A DNA stretch of 64,000 nucleotides, taken from Eledone cirrhosa (Eukaryota). Position 1 is the stretch's first letter; each line of letters opens with the position of its first letter. The translations under genes and the position numbers were made by a program. The stretch is taken from assembly GCA_964016885.1 (NCBI GenBank), contig OZ024742.1:192882001-192946000 (forward strand), given 5' to 3'. Shown here in pieces: positions 29,235 to 42,410 of this stretch. Below the pieces are notes generated by a model. That model worked only from the letters and a program-made list of their open reading frames with translations. It searched no databases and was not told the origin of the DNA.

Positions 29235-29424
29235 AAAAAATATGACCCCGACGGCAGAGCTCAAGCCGTTTCAACGGCTATTTCTGGCCCAGAAACAGCC
29301 GTCGAAATGGATTGACCTCTGCCGTCGGGGTCATACTTTTTCCTATTTCCCACTCTACTACCCTAAATATTGAGTACTCTGGTGTGTTATGGTCCATCTG
29401 GTTCCTTACCACAATTCCTTTGTT
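29231..29424 (+). mobile_element. Solo pLTR end of the 12992-17005 Naiad family with a ~56-bp fold-back
   Basis: 29231-29287 is the inverse of 29289-29345, centred on ctggcccag inside HHR stem II. Confidence 0.85.
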
Positions 29425-29499
29425 ATATATATATATATATATACACACACACAAATATATTTATATATATATACTGTATATATATATACATATATATAG

Positions 29500-29715
29500 G
29501 AACGATCGACTTTCGTCAAATCGGACCGAGGGAACAATGTTTCCGTTGGTCTTTCCAATTGCTAATACTAACTATCGGTCGCAACTCCAGGTAGAAGGAG
29601 CAACGTGAAATAAAGTGTCTTGCTCAAGGACATAACGCATCGCCTGGTCCAGGAATCGAACTCACAACCTTACGATTGCGAATCCAATTCTCTAACCACT
29701 CAGCCACACGCCTTC
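29500..29715 (-). mobile_element. tRNA-derived SINE, family A
   Basis: Close copy of 4227-4440, with A and B boxes. Confidence 0.85.
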
Positions 29716-29959
29716 ACGCCTTATATATAGTAATAATAATAAATGTGAAGACTAAAATCCAAAGAGGGTTCGATAAGGATGAATATATATCAAATATATA
29801 AGAACTGTAGAGCAAATATTTATTAAAATAACAGATTAAAATTTAAGTAAAGATTCGCTGCTTTCACCCTTAACGAGATCTTCTGAAACTCTATTTTAAT
29901 AAATATATATATATATATACGATATTAACAAATGGAAACTATATTTATAAAACTTTATT

Positions 29960-30024
29960 TATTTCATTATAAATATTTCAAAGCCTCCAAGTTAAATTAT
30001 GGTGTGCTTTCATCAGATAAAATA
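29960..30024 (-). ncRNA. Type-I hammerhead ribozyme (left arm)
   Basis: Minus strand: tattttat-CTGATGA-aagcacacca..tggaggcttt-GAAA-tattta-TA-atgaaata, then AATAAA. Confidence 0.72.
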
Positions 30025-30170
30025 TAATATAGACCAGTTTTATAAATAAATATTGACATACACTTAAAGAGTGCAACCATTACTGTTGGAAGCACCCGGG
30101 AGCTTCCAACAGTAATGGTCTCATTCTTTAAGGGTATGTCAATATTTATTTATAAAACTGGTCTATATTA

Positions 30171-30235
30171 TATTTAATCTGATGAAAGCACACCATAATT
30201 TAACTTGGTGTCCTTGAAATATTTATAATGAAATA
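30171..30235 (+). ncRNA. Type-I hammerhead ribozyme (right arm)
   Basis: tatttaat-CTGATGA-aagc acacca taatttaact tggtgt cctt-GAAA-tattta-TA-atgaaata, then AATAAA. Confidence 0.75.
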
Positions 30236-30471
30236 AATAAAGTTTTATAAATATAGTTTCCATTTGTTAATATCGTATTTTTACTCCAATTATTTGTTGA
30301 GTGCTTTATATCAGTTATTATACAAATATTTCCTTGTTGTATCCCAACAATTTAAATAGAACTTCTACATATATATATATATCTATATCTATATATATAT
30401 ATATATATACATTTGTATGTATCAATATATAAATTTATGTCTATATGTGTGTTTTTTTGTTTTTGCAATAG

Positions 30472-30674
30472 ATTACATCAAGGAAAAATCCTTTATGAAT
30501 GTAAAATATGTTGTCCAAAAGTCAGGTGGGATGCCATTAGTGAGCAAAGGATGGAAAGCCAATAAAGCACTTATTAAATACATAGTTAATGCAAGAAAAC
30601 AGTTTGGTGTAATGCCACTTCTACCTGTATTTGTCGAGCTTGATCAGAAGAATACATCTCGTAATATAATTTAC
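30472..30674 (+). CDS. Next exon of the host M13-family metallopeptidase
   Basis: tttttgtttttgcaatag| ... TAC|gtgagt. Phase 1-0, compatible with the 26584 exon. Encodes YIKEKSFMNVKYVVQKSGGMPLVSKGWKANKALIKYIVNARKQFGVMPLLPVFVELDQKNTSRNIIY, matching the M13 pattern GGWP..W..G..L..V..DxKNS..II. Confidence 0.82.
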
Positions 30675-30757
30675 GTGAGTATATTTTAAATTATTTATTG
30701 TATACTGATTAAATGTATAAATAGTGTCTGCATTTCTGCTATGAGGTATTACCATTG

Positions 30758-30821
<64 letters not shown>

Positions 30822-31339
30822 CGTCAATAAGAATAAAAAAAATAACACAGGAAAACAGTAGAAGCAATGATGTATTAGTTCAGCGCTTGATATAGTTGGG
30901 AAAGGGAGAAAATGCTTTGCATTTTAGTCTTATATTGGAAAATAAAACGAGAGAGAGGGAATTGCGAGAGAAGAGAACATATTTGGCGTAAGAAAAAGAA
31001 AAAAAGAATACAATGAAAGTAAAAAAGAATGGAAAATGGAGAAATAGGTAAATAAGAAAGAAAAAGTGTCGTTATTAGTCTGCCATCTTGTTCATGATAG
31101 GTGTTAGCCCCAGTATTTCGACCATTGTACCCTCCTTTACACCAAGTCACCATAACATACTCTAACTACCAGGATGATCAACAACGATGCCGCCTCAATT
31201 AAAAAAAAACGTTAACATGTTCCATGAAAACCGAAACTTTACCAACTGCCTTTTAGCTTCTTTTGCAGTAATGTTATAACAAATGTAAAAATGTCAGCAT
31301 TTTCAATCAGGGCAGCTCCCCAAACATCATTTCTATCAC

Positions 31340-31800
31340 AATACCAATCCAAATACCAGATCTACCATAACACAGCACCAACACCCATATCTTCTACGAG
31401 ACTACACCAGATAATGCATCTACCACAACAACATACCAAACACCATATCTACCACAACACCTCACCAAATACCAGATCTACAAAACCAATACATCAAACA
31501 TAAGATCTACTTCAACACCACAGCAAATACAAAATTTACCACAACACCACACCAAACACCATCTCTATCCACATCACCACACCAGACACTATTTGTACCA
31601 CAGTACCACCCCAAACACCTCTTCTACCACATACCACCATACATCATTTGTATCACAACACCACCCCAAACATCTCTTCTAACACACCACATCACACTAC
31701 ATCACACCAAACATACCACAACACCAAACAAACATCTTACCATAAAACTACAACAAACGCCTGTTCTACCATAAAGACCAGTTCTGCCACCACAACACCT
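31340..31800. repeat. Degenerate ~29-bp C/A-rich minisatellite
   Basis: Recurrent atctaccacaacaccacaccaaacacc units. Confidence 0.75.
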
Positions 31801-32674
31801 AATATCACAAATATGTTTTAAACAAAGGTCGTCTTGCTTCACCAATCATTAACAATCACTTTGTTCTATCACAATGACAACACGTCCATATATTGATTAA
31901 TCTAATTAAAGAAATTATTGTGAAAATTAGTCTTGTATATATCCACTTTCATTCTCCAAGCAACGTGTAGTTATCCCGGATGTAACATGAAACAAGATTA
32001 ATTACAATTACCTGAACCAAGATAACATCATGTAAAGAATGCCTTCAAGATCTCAACAGGGTTTACGAATGTAAGATCAAAAGAAGACATTATCATGCAA
32101 CGTTTTAGTGTATTCATGGTTAACGATTTTTTTTTTTATCAAACTTGTTTTTACCATTAGTTTTATTTTTTACTTCGTTTATTTGACAGAAAATTTTTTA
32201 AAATTTTTTTTATTTAATTTGGTTCAGGCACTAAAACAAATTTCATACCGATACACACATCACACATACATACATCTATACGTACGTATAAGACATATCC
32301 ATACACATGACACTATCTTACAAAAGACATGCATACAACAGACATATATACAACACATATACTCATAAAAAACACACATATAACATCTATTTACAAAACA
32401 CACACGCATATAGCATACGTTTATACAACATATATACAATACAAATATAGACATGCATCATTAGATGACTTTCCTTTGTTTAGTTTTATCATTTATCATA
32501 GATTCTTTTATTCTCAGAACTTTAAAGTTTTTTTCCTAAGTTAACGATTTATCCTCTTCAACATCGCCCCTTCTCCCTATAAGGTATCTAAAAATGTATT
32601 ACATGAAGATTTTTAAAACAGTAAGAGAAAATAAAATCAGCAAATAAAATTCTGACAGTAGCACATAAACAAAA

Positions 32675-32860
32675 CTAGTGGATCCAGCGTTGCCCGGGAA
32701 ATAAATTACTAAGTTTATGGCCAATTCGTTGCATGAGAATCGTGTTAATTTTGCATGAATTTGCTATTAAAACACATACTTCAGATTATTTTTTGCGGAG
32801 ATCATTGAGAGTTTGCACTTTTTGACATTTTATTTGAAGTTTAAGAAACACAAAGCCCCC
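32675..32860 (-). mobile_element. Helitron 3' terminus fragment
   Basis: Minus strand: cccgggcaacgctgg hairpin + atccaCTAG|T. Same terminus type as at 3195-3222 and 51432. Confidence 0.65.
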
Positions 32861-32869
32861 CTCCCCCTC

Positions 32870-32911
<42 letters not shown>

Positions 32912-32945
32912 CTCTGTGTCTCTATCCCTCTCTATATCTCTCTCT

Positions 32946-33057
<112 letters not shown>

Positions 33058-33080
33058 TTAAATCAATAAATAAATATATA

Positions 33081-33880
33081 TCGATATATATAAAACTGAG
33101 GATGTCTGTCTGTGTGTGTGTGTGAGTTTGAATCCCTAAAACTCGAGAACCACCTAACCGACTGTTTTCAAACTTTACACATGTAATTCTTATGGTTCAG
33201 GGAGTGTTCTGAGCAAAATAATTTCAAATTTTCAGTGCCCTAGGGACCAGATTAGGCGATTTAGCGATCTCTCTCTATAATTCTTAGTCTTTCTCTTTTT
33301 AGATAGATACATACATATAACGTCGTTCCCTTATACTATCTGTTTGTATGTCTGACTGTCTGCATTACGTCACTTCCCTGAGGATGTGTGTGCGTGTGTG
33401 TCTCTGAGTTTGAATCCCTAAAACTCGAGAAGTACCCAACCAACTTTTTTCAAACTTTACATGTGTATTACTTATGTTTCCAGGAGTGTTATGCACATAA
33501 AGTTCAACTATTTGATCCCCTAGTTGAAAAACATTAGTTGAAAAACTGCGTTTATTCAGGTTTTTAGGTTTTTTTTGAGTCGTTACGTCAGAATTATTTC
33601 CTTGAAATTGTAACTATGTATTAGTCAGTCTCTTGTTCATACCGCGAGCAAAGAAAATCCAACTTTTTTATGGTATAGGGCCCGCATTAGGTGAAAAAAT
33701 GAAGTTTTTCAGCTTTTTAGGGATTTTTGAAGCGTTACGTCGAGCCGATTTTCCCGAAATTTCAAGGCATATTAACCACATAAAAAAAATTCATTTTCTT
33801 GATTCCCTAGGGCCCGCATTAGTTGAAAACCTGCATTTTTCCTGCTTCATCGAAGAAAATCTTGTTTTATTATATATATT
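33081..33880 (+). mobile_element. Helitron-like 5' portion with internal duplications
   Basis: A|TCGATATATATAAAACTGAGGATGTCTGTCTGTG start. gagtttgaatccctaaaactcgagaa occurs twice and agggcccgcattag occurs twice. The 3' end was not seen. Confidence 0.6.
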
Positions 33881-34066
33881 TCGGAGGTACTGTGCTGTTT
33901 TTTCAGTACGTCCTCATCAGATAAAATATATGAATTGATGTATGACATACCTCAACTGTCTTGATGGTTCAATTCCAGTATTGGTACTGATTTATTACAA
34001 CAAATCTCAATATTTATATACCACAAATAATAACATGATTAACTTAAATATGATGAAGAAGAGGAT

Positions 34067-37000
34067 GGTAGTAGATGACGGACGCAATGTACGCGTTAGC
34101 CACCTCCGCTCGACCTTTCAGGGATAGCTTCCTCTCCGCCCGTTTTTGGGTGAGAGAAGCCACCCTGCTCATCACCTCGTCCCAGTTTTTGTCCGTCTGG
34201 AGGTCCGGACCGAACCAGACACCTAGCAACTTAACCGTTTCCGTCCGTCCAGCAGCCGACGACGCTGTTGGACGGCATGGTCCTGTCTCTCCAGGTGCCG
34301 AGCTGCAGGCCCACTGACTTTTCCTGGTTGATCATTGCTCCTGTCACCGCTTCGTATTCTCTTAGAGTAGTGGCGATCGCTTCAATGTGTTTGGCGTTCG
34401 ACACCACTACGGTGACATCGTCCGCATTTTCTGATACGCACTTCCGCATCCTAGTTTGCGCGGGACCCCCCTCAACGTCTCCAGTTTGCGCAGTAATGGC
34501 TCGAGAGTCAATACGTACAAGAGGGACGAGAGGGGACATCCTTGGCTGACCGAGCGCATGATGTTGAACGATTCCGAAAGGTGACCGTTCACTCTCACCA
34601 CAGAGCAGATGTCGCTGTGCATGGCAGCGATCCAGCCTCTGAAGAAGATCCAGCCTCTGAAGCCCAAAGCCAGCCGCCCTCAGGACTGCCGTTAGGTAAT
34701 GATGGTCGACCCTATCGAAAGGCATCGACTGGTCTAAATTTATCAAGGACCCACCCGTGCCAGGTTCTCTAGCTACCCTCTCTACGATGTATCGCATGAG
34801 GTGGAGGTTGTCGTCGATGGATCTGTCGGGAATGGCGCACGTCTGCGCCTCTCCCACCAGACCACCAACGCCAAGCGCCAACCTCTTTGCTAGCACCTTG
34901 GCCAAAATATTGAACTCTGTGTTTAGCAGAGTTATGGGCCTAAAATTATCTAAGTTACCCCCTTGTTCGGATCCTTTCTCAGCAGCGCCACAGCTCCTCG
35001 GCTCACAGAGTTGGGAATTCTCCCGTTCTGTTGCCAGTTTGCAGTAGACGTCCGCCAAGAGGCCTCCGAACAAGTCTGGAATCTGTACGTAAAGTTCATA
35101 GGGCAGACCATCCAAGCAAGGCGATTTACCCTTGTGCAGCCAGTCATTTCCTCCCGTACTTCAGCGGCTGTTATCGGCTTTTCGCAACATTCCGCCTCAG
35201 TGGCCGAGAGCCGCGGCAGTCCGTCGAGGTAGACAATAAAGTCTATCCCTCCATTCGGCCCGCCACTGGCTCCGAACAGCTGGGCGAAGTGTCGCTGGAA
35301 AGCTTCACACATTTGCCCGTGATCAAGTAGCATGCGCTCGTCGTGGTGCACCAAAGAACGGATCGTGGCTTTGTTGCCACGACGCGCCTCCGCCACTCGG
35401 GCCCATTGAACGGCTTTCGTCCCCTCGTGTCTGAGAGAACGCACCCTAGCTCTGACAACGCAGCCTTCGCGCTTTGCATTGAAGAATTGGTCAAGGGCCA
35501 ATTTCGCCGCAAGTACGTCGGTCGCGATGCCTTTGCTAAGCGCCTCGTCTAATTTTCTAACTAATTCTCCCTCTGCTCTATTTTTCTCTATTGCTAAAGC
35601 CTTACTAAACCTAATGGACTCTATTCTAATTGCTCTTTTCAGAGCAAACCACCACTTGTTGTTGACGATGGCCCCCGTCAACGCCCGCTTAACTACTTCG
35701 CTAATCCGGTCTCTGTAGGCATTGCGCGTTGGTAAGGACGCGTTTACCTTCCAGTAGCCGGGTCCTCGTCTATGAAGCCTATCTAAGTCAAGCACACAGA
35801 TCACGAATTTGTGATCCGTGTAGCTGACTATCTTGAATTGTGGACAGCCTATGCTACACCTATCCATTTCCCTACAAAATACTCTATCTAGATATGATCT
35901 GGATGTCCCTATGCGATCTGTCCAAGTCCACATTGGCACATTCGGGAAATCTAATCGGTACCTGTCAGACAGTTCAAAACGCCTGAGCAGGTTGGTGAGG
36001 CTCTTGCCCCCTCCTCCCCTATCCGCTGATCCCACACAGTCCCAGCGTGCATCTAAGATCCCGTTCCAGTCGCCAACTAACACTAAAGAGCGGGACGTTC
36101 CAAGAAAGGTCTCCAGACGCCGGAAGAAATCATGCCGCCCTGCTCCTGTCGGGGCATAGACGACCACTTGCCTGAAAGCTTGCCCGTCTCCGCTGGTCAC
36201 GTCTAGCACCACCAACTTACCTTCTGGGTCCAGGAAGATGGCCCGTATGGCGAGATCCAAACCTCTCCGAAAAAGCACAGCAACTCTTCCCCTCGATACC
36301 GGACGGCTGGGAGATGCCTACACATCGTAGCCGCCGAAGAAAGGTGCGAAGGCCCGTGCTTCGAAGATTCTGGTCGCGCCGATGGCCACTACATCTATGT
36401 TTAGTGACCTGAGGTCGTTGAGCAGGTGGCCCTGCTTCCATGACGACCCCAAGCCACGCGCATTTATGCTGCCTATTCTGAGTGAGGTCATGTTGAAATG
36501 GAATGGACAAGATGGGTAAGACCACTTACCTTACTCCTCGTAGAGGAAGGATGGTTTGCCCATCCTTTTCACTGCTTGTGGCCTCCTCCGGAAGGGTGTC
36601 CTTATAAATCCTCATGGAGAGTGTTTGTCGGAAGTCTCCGATGTCTTTGACGATTTTTTGTTTTAGTGTCGTGTACGTTTTCTGTGTGATGCGAGTGATT
36701 TGTATGTCTGGAGGTCGTGTGAACTTTTGGATTGTTGTGTAGTCTTTTTCTGTGATGCTGGTGGTGTGTTGGATGTAGTGTAATAATTGGTTGTTGTTCA
36801 AATTTAATGCTGTGTGTATCGTTTTGTTTGTTTTGTTTTGTATGCGTTTGTTGTGGGTTTGTTTCTGTTTCGCTTTTTGGTGACTTTTGTGGTGTTGGTG
36901 ATGGTGGTGTTGGGGGTTAATGATGGTGATGGTGTTGGTGTTTGTGGTGATGGGATTGGTGATGCTGGTGTGGATGGTGGCATAGCTGTCCTAACTTTTT

Positions 37001-38665
37001 TGTTTGATAGTTTATTTGTTTCCCTCTGTATTTTGTTTTTGAAAGGGGAGGGAAGAGAATTTTTTCTCTTCTGGTTTCTTTTTTTCTTTTTTCCTGATAC
37101 CGTTTCTCCCTGCTCGTCGTCACAATCTGTCTCCAGTGGCTTGGTTGTGGTGTGGTGGGTAGTGTAGGCGCTGGTGCTAGTTGGGTGGTGGTGGTGTTGG
37201 TTTTGCTACTGTTGCTGGGGTTGTTGCTGTTACAGTTGATTCTGTTATTGCTGCTACAGTTGTTGCTGCCATCTCTGCTGCTGGTGGTGTTGATGGTTGA
37301 GTCATTGGGGTGGGTAAGAGAGGTGGTCTCAACCTTTTAGCCTGAGGGCAGAAAGCCCTTAGGTGGGTTCCTTCACCACAAACGACACACCTAGGCCTTC
37401 TGCCCTCGACGATTACGGTGAGGTGGCTGCCGTCAGTGAGGTCTATTACCTCTGGGTACCCCTCAATGCTCTTTTGGTCCGCTTGGATCAGGAGCTCCAT
37501 CTCAGATCCGGACCAGGTCTCCTGCTTTTCTTTCGCTATTTCGAATATCTTGGTGTTGGCTACGATGCCGGCGAGGACGGCAACTATTAGCCATGGAATA
37601 TGGATGGCCGGTGGAACGTAGGTTACCCTGATCTTTACGAGTCTCTGGCCACAATCGCTTGGGACGGGCGTGAAGTCGTCACTTCTTAATGGGGCCATGG
37701 AGTGTTCTCTAGCCTCCTGTGGTGTTTTAAAGAACACGTCCACGGTTCCATATTTCTGCCCACGTCTGATGTGGGTTTTCTTTGCCCACACATGTCCCAA
37801 AACTTTTGGGATTTGGGACTCGGATGCCCGTTCCACTCGGCTCGATTTTATGTTAATTGTTCGATAAGACACGGTGCATAGGCGCCGATGCTCCATTTTA
37901 TTACGTGGTGAAGGGTGGGGTGAGGCTGACCCTTTACCCATCTTTCTTTACCATTTTTTGGCTTCTTCTAATTCCTCCTGAGTTATCTGAAATGCTTCGC
38001 ACTGTTTTGATAGTCTGGTAAAACTCAGGTTGGTTTTCTTAATTTCATTGTTGTTGTTGTTGTTATCGTTATTTTTGTTGTTAATTTTAGTTTCAGTTGT
38101 GGTGGTGGTGGCGTCAGTGGTGTTCGGTGTGGAAGAGTTCATTTTGGTTGAATTCATTTCGATAACACGAGTTAATTTATTTTTTCTTTTGTTTCTGTTG
38201 TCGCGGTGGTGGTGGTGGTGATGGTGGTGGTGGTGGTGGTGGTGGGGGGGGGGGGGGGGGTTGTCGTGGTGGTGGTGGCGGCTCTAACACCTGCAGTCAT
38301 TTTTAATGGTGGGAAATGAATGTCTGCCTGAGACGAATTTAAAATATTGCTACTGCTTATATTTTTAGTGTTGGCAAACGTAGTAATATTTACAATGGTG
38401 GTGTCGGTGTGAGGTGTTAGTTTGTGAGGAAGGAGTGACTCTGATTCATCCATGAATTTTCAAAGAAATATTTTTGTTTGATAATTATAAAAGTTTAAAT
38501 TTTGGGTTCAAGACCCCAATCTTTTTGGGTGTCCATTTCAGATAACAATGTATGTGCACTTATATACAATTAACAATAAACTTTCCATAAATGGCAATTT
38601 TAAATAACTGAACATAACAAACCTTTGCGGAGCTCACAATGATACGATTTACTACGTAGGTCGCC
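34067..38665 (-). mobile_element. Tx1/L1-clade LINE, copy A (intact 5' end, 3'-truncated, frameshifted)
   Basis: ORF1 pieces (36526-38453; CVVCGEGTHLRAFC) and ORF2 APE/RT pieces (34067-36491). The 5' end ggcgacctacgtagtaaatcg abuts (TTA)n. Confidence 0.93.

Positions 38666-38707
<42 letters not shown>
38666..38707. repeat. (TAA)n spacer between LINE copies A and B
   Basis: Direct reading. Confidence 0.98.
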
Positions 38708-38709
<2 letters not shown>

Positions 38710-38957
38710 TTTCTTTATTAACCACAAGGGTTTACATAAAGTAGACATTAAGGACAGTGCAGGACAATGTAGGACGGTACAAATGGGCATTTCTGCGTGT
38801 AAAAAACAAAAACAGAGGATGTAATAAAAAATAACAATGAAAAATTCCCCAATAGGGGGGAGACTTCGGAGGGACATTTGTGGAGAAAGCCCAGTAAAAA
38901 GCCACAATGACCCTGACCACAAAGGCAAGTGCCCTCTCCCAGTTTTCCACCTTTAAT

Positions 38958-41900
38958 TTACAGACACATACTCAGAGAAGGCCCATTCATTCGGGCCATA
39001 CTTGCTTCTCTCACCCATCTTTCAACAAAATGCTGGGAAGAGAGCACTTCCCTCTCTACTCTGATTTTCCTTTTCAGATGAAACTTGAAAAAGTTAATCA
39101 GGGCATCACCAAAGAGGTAAGTGCTCGTCTTCAGCCCTTTCAAACGTGTCCACCATACTATCTCTTTCGCCATGGCAACCAGACAGATAAAAACTGCCTG
39201 CCCTTCCCGGCTAAAGAAAGGGGGCGGGGCAATCCTCACGATGGACTCAGCTGATAGCTGGATCCGTCCTACACGTGACAGCAGGTGTTCGACATAAACC
39301 CACAAGTCAGCAATGCTCGGACACTGGACGAGTGCGTGCAGGACGGTTTCGTCGCCCTGCGCGCATCTCGGACATGCCCGGCTGACGGCACCTAAATGCC
39401 TGTAGAGTTTATCCCGAACTGGCAAAGCTCCTCGGTAGCACTGCCAGGCCAGGGATTTCTGGAAGTTGTCCATAGGCCCCGGCCCGAAAGTCCTTCTGAA
39501 GAGATTGGCTAGTTGATTTTCTTCGACGCCTAGAGTTTCTCCAAGTACGTCGTCGCTCTTCCCCTCCACTAATCTCCTATAGAATGCCAAGGTGGAGTTT
39601 CCACCGATCACATTGCCTGATTGGTCGAGGGCTGTGAGCGCCTGAAGACATTCCAGTCTCCAAGCGCTCCCTCTCGGTCTTCGCTTGACCGAGGACTGCA
39701 GCTCCGTCAAGGAGACGAGCTGGGGAAAAACGTGTCTAGCAAACGGCGACCACACCTGATCACCGTCGCGGAAGAGGTGGAGATGTCGTAGCCTGAGCGC
39801 GTGTCTGCGCATCATCAGCCACGGCATGCCCAGCCCTCCACGTAGCGGGTGTTGACAGCAGATGGACCGCCTGACCATCGGAGAACGTCCCTTCCACAAG
39901 AAGCGAAAGAGCAAACGCTCCAGCGCAGTCAGGCGGGGCTTAGGACAAGGTACGACGGTCAGGCGGTAGTAGATGACGGATGCGATGTACGCATTCGCCA
40001 CCTCCGCTCGACCTTTCAGGGATAGCTTCCTCTCGGCCCATTTCTGGGTGAGAGAAGCCACCCTGCTCGTCACCTCGTCCCAGTTTTTGTCCGTCTGGAG
40101 GTCTGGACCGAACCAGACCCCTAGCAATTTAACCGGTCCGTCCGTCCAGCGCCCGACGAAGCTGTTGGACGGCATGGACCTGCCTCTCCAGGTGCCGAGC
40201 TGCAGGCCCACTGACTTTTCCTGGTTGATCATTGCTCCTGTAACCGCTTCGTATTCTCTTAGTGTAGCGCCGATCGCCTCGATGTGTTTTGCGTTCGACA
40301 CCACTACGGTGACATCGTCGGCATATGCTGACACGGATCTTCCGCATCCTAGTTCGCGCGGGACCCCCCTCAAAGTCTCCAGTTTGTGCAGTAATGGCTC
40401 GAGAGTCAATACATACAATAGGGCCGAGAGGGGACATCCTTGGCGGACCGAGCGCATGATGTTGAACGGTTCCGAAAGGTGACCGTTCACTCTCACTACA
40501 GAGCATATGTCGCTGTGCATGGCAGCGATCCAGCCTCTGAAGACGGGCCCAAAGCCAGCCGCCCTCAGGACTGCCGCTAGGTAACGATGGTCGACCCTAT
40601 CGAAGGCTTTCGACTGATCTAAATTGATCAAGGACCCACCCGTGCCAGGTTCCCTAGCTACCCTCTCTACGATGTATCGCATGAGGTGGAGGTTGTCGTG
40701 GATGGATCTGTCGGGAATGGCGCATGTCTGCGCCTCTCCCACCAGACCACCAACGACAAGCGCCAACCTCTTTGCTAGCACCTTGGCCAAAATCTTGAAC
40801 TCTGTGTTTAGCAGAGTTATGGGCCTAAAATTATCTATGTTATCCCCCTTGTTCGGATCCTTTCTCAGCAGCGCCACAGCTCCTCGGCTCACAGAGTTGG
40901 GAATTCACCCGTTCTGTTGCCAGTTGCAGTAGACGTCCGCCAAGAGGCCTCCGAACAAGTTTGGCATTTGTACGTAAAGTTCATAGGGCAGACCATCCAA
41001 ACCAGGCGATTTACCCCTTGTGCAACTAGTCATTGCATCCCGTACTTCAGCGGTTGTTATCGGCTTTTCGCAACACTCCGCCTCAGTGGCCGAAAGCCGC
41101 GGCAGTCCGTCCAGGTAGACACTAAAGTCCATCCCTCGATCCGGCCCGCCACTGCCCCCGAACAGTTGAGCGAAGTGTCGCTGAAAAGCTTCACACATTT
41201 GCCCGGGATCGAGTAGCATGTGCCCGTCGTGGTCCACCAAAGACCGGATCGTGGCTTTGTTGCCACGACGCGCCTCCGCCACTCGGTCCCATTGAACGGC
41301 TTTCGTCCCCTCGTGTCTGAGAGCACGCACCCTAGCTCTGACAACGCAGCCTTCGTGCTTTGCATTGAAGAATTGGTCAAGGGCCAATTTCGCCGCAAGT
41401 ACGTCGGTCGCGATGCCTTTGCTAAGCGCCTCGTCTAATTTTCTAACTAATTCTCCCTCTGCTCTATTTTTCTCTATTGCTAAAGCCTTACTAAACCTAA
41501 TGGACTCTATTCTAATTGCTCTTTTCAGAGCAAACCACCACTTGTTGTTGACGATGGCCCCCGTCAACGCCCGCTTAACTAGTTCCCTAATCCGGTCTCG
41601 GTAGGCCTTGCGCGCTGGTAAGGACGCGTTTAGCTTCCAGTAGCCGGGTCCTCGTCTATGAAGCCTATCTAAGTCAAGCACACAGATCCCGATTTTGTGG
41701 TCCGTGTAGCTGACTATCTTGAATTGTGGACAGCCTATGCTAGACCTATCTATTTCCCTACAAAATACTCTATCTAGATATGATCTGGATGACCCTATGC
41801 GATTTGTCCAAGTCCACATTGGTACATTCGGGAAATCCATTCGGTACCTGTCAGACAGTTCAAAACGTCTGAGCAGGTTGGTGAGACTCTTGCACCCTCC

Positions 41901-42377
41901 TTCCCTATCCACTAATCCCACACAATCCCAGCGTGCATCTAAGATCCCGTTCCAGTCGCCCACTAACACTAAAGAGCGGGACGTTCCAAGAAAGGTCTCC
42001 AGACGCCGGAAGAAATCAGGTCGCCCTGCTCCTGTCGGGGCATAGACGGCCACTAACCTGAAAGCTTTCCCGTCTCCGCTGGTCACGTCCAGCACCACCA
42101 ACTTACCTTCTGGGTCCAGGAAGATGGCCCGGATGGCAAGATCCAAACCTCTCCGAAAAAGCACAGCAACTCCACCCCCCGATCCCGGACGGCTGGGAGT
42201 TGAGTACACATCGTAGCCGCCGAAGATCGGTGCGAAAGCCTGTGCTTCGGAGATTCTGGTCTCGCTGATGGCCACTACATCTATGTTTAGTGACCTGAAG
42301 TCGTTGAGCAGGTGGCCCTGCTTCCATGACGACCCCAAGCCACGCGCATTTATGCTGCCTATTCTGAGTGAGGTCAT
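38958..42377 (-). pseudogene. LINE ORF2: APE endonuclease, RT and zf-RVT; one in-frame TGA at 40905-40907
   Basis: SINARGL, ISET, VGDWN, SYLDRV, TDH; KSPGLDGL, FRPITLLN, LDQSKAFDRV, RQGCPLS, AYADDV; CPRC..ETVLHALVQC. Copy A has AGA at the stop position. Confidence 0.95.
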
Positions 42378-42410
42378 GTTGAAAAGGAGTGGAAAAGATG
42401 GGAAAGACCA

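Larger units (their letters stand above)
29917..30278. repeat. ~360-bp palindrome (fold-back pLTR pair)
   Basis: Arms of ~177 bp around the centre ggaagc acccggga gcttcc. Confidence 0.92.
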
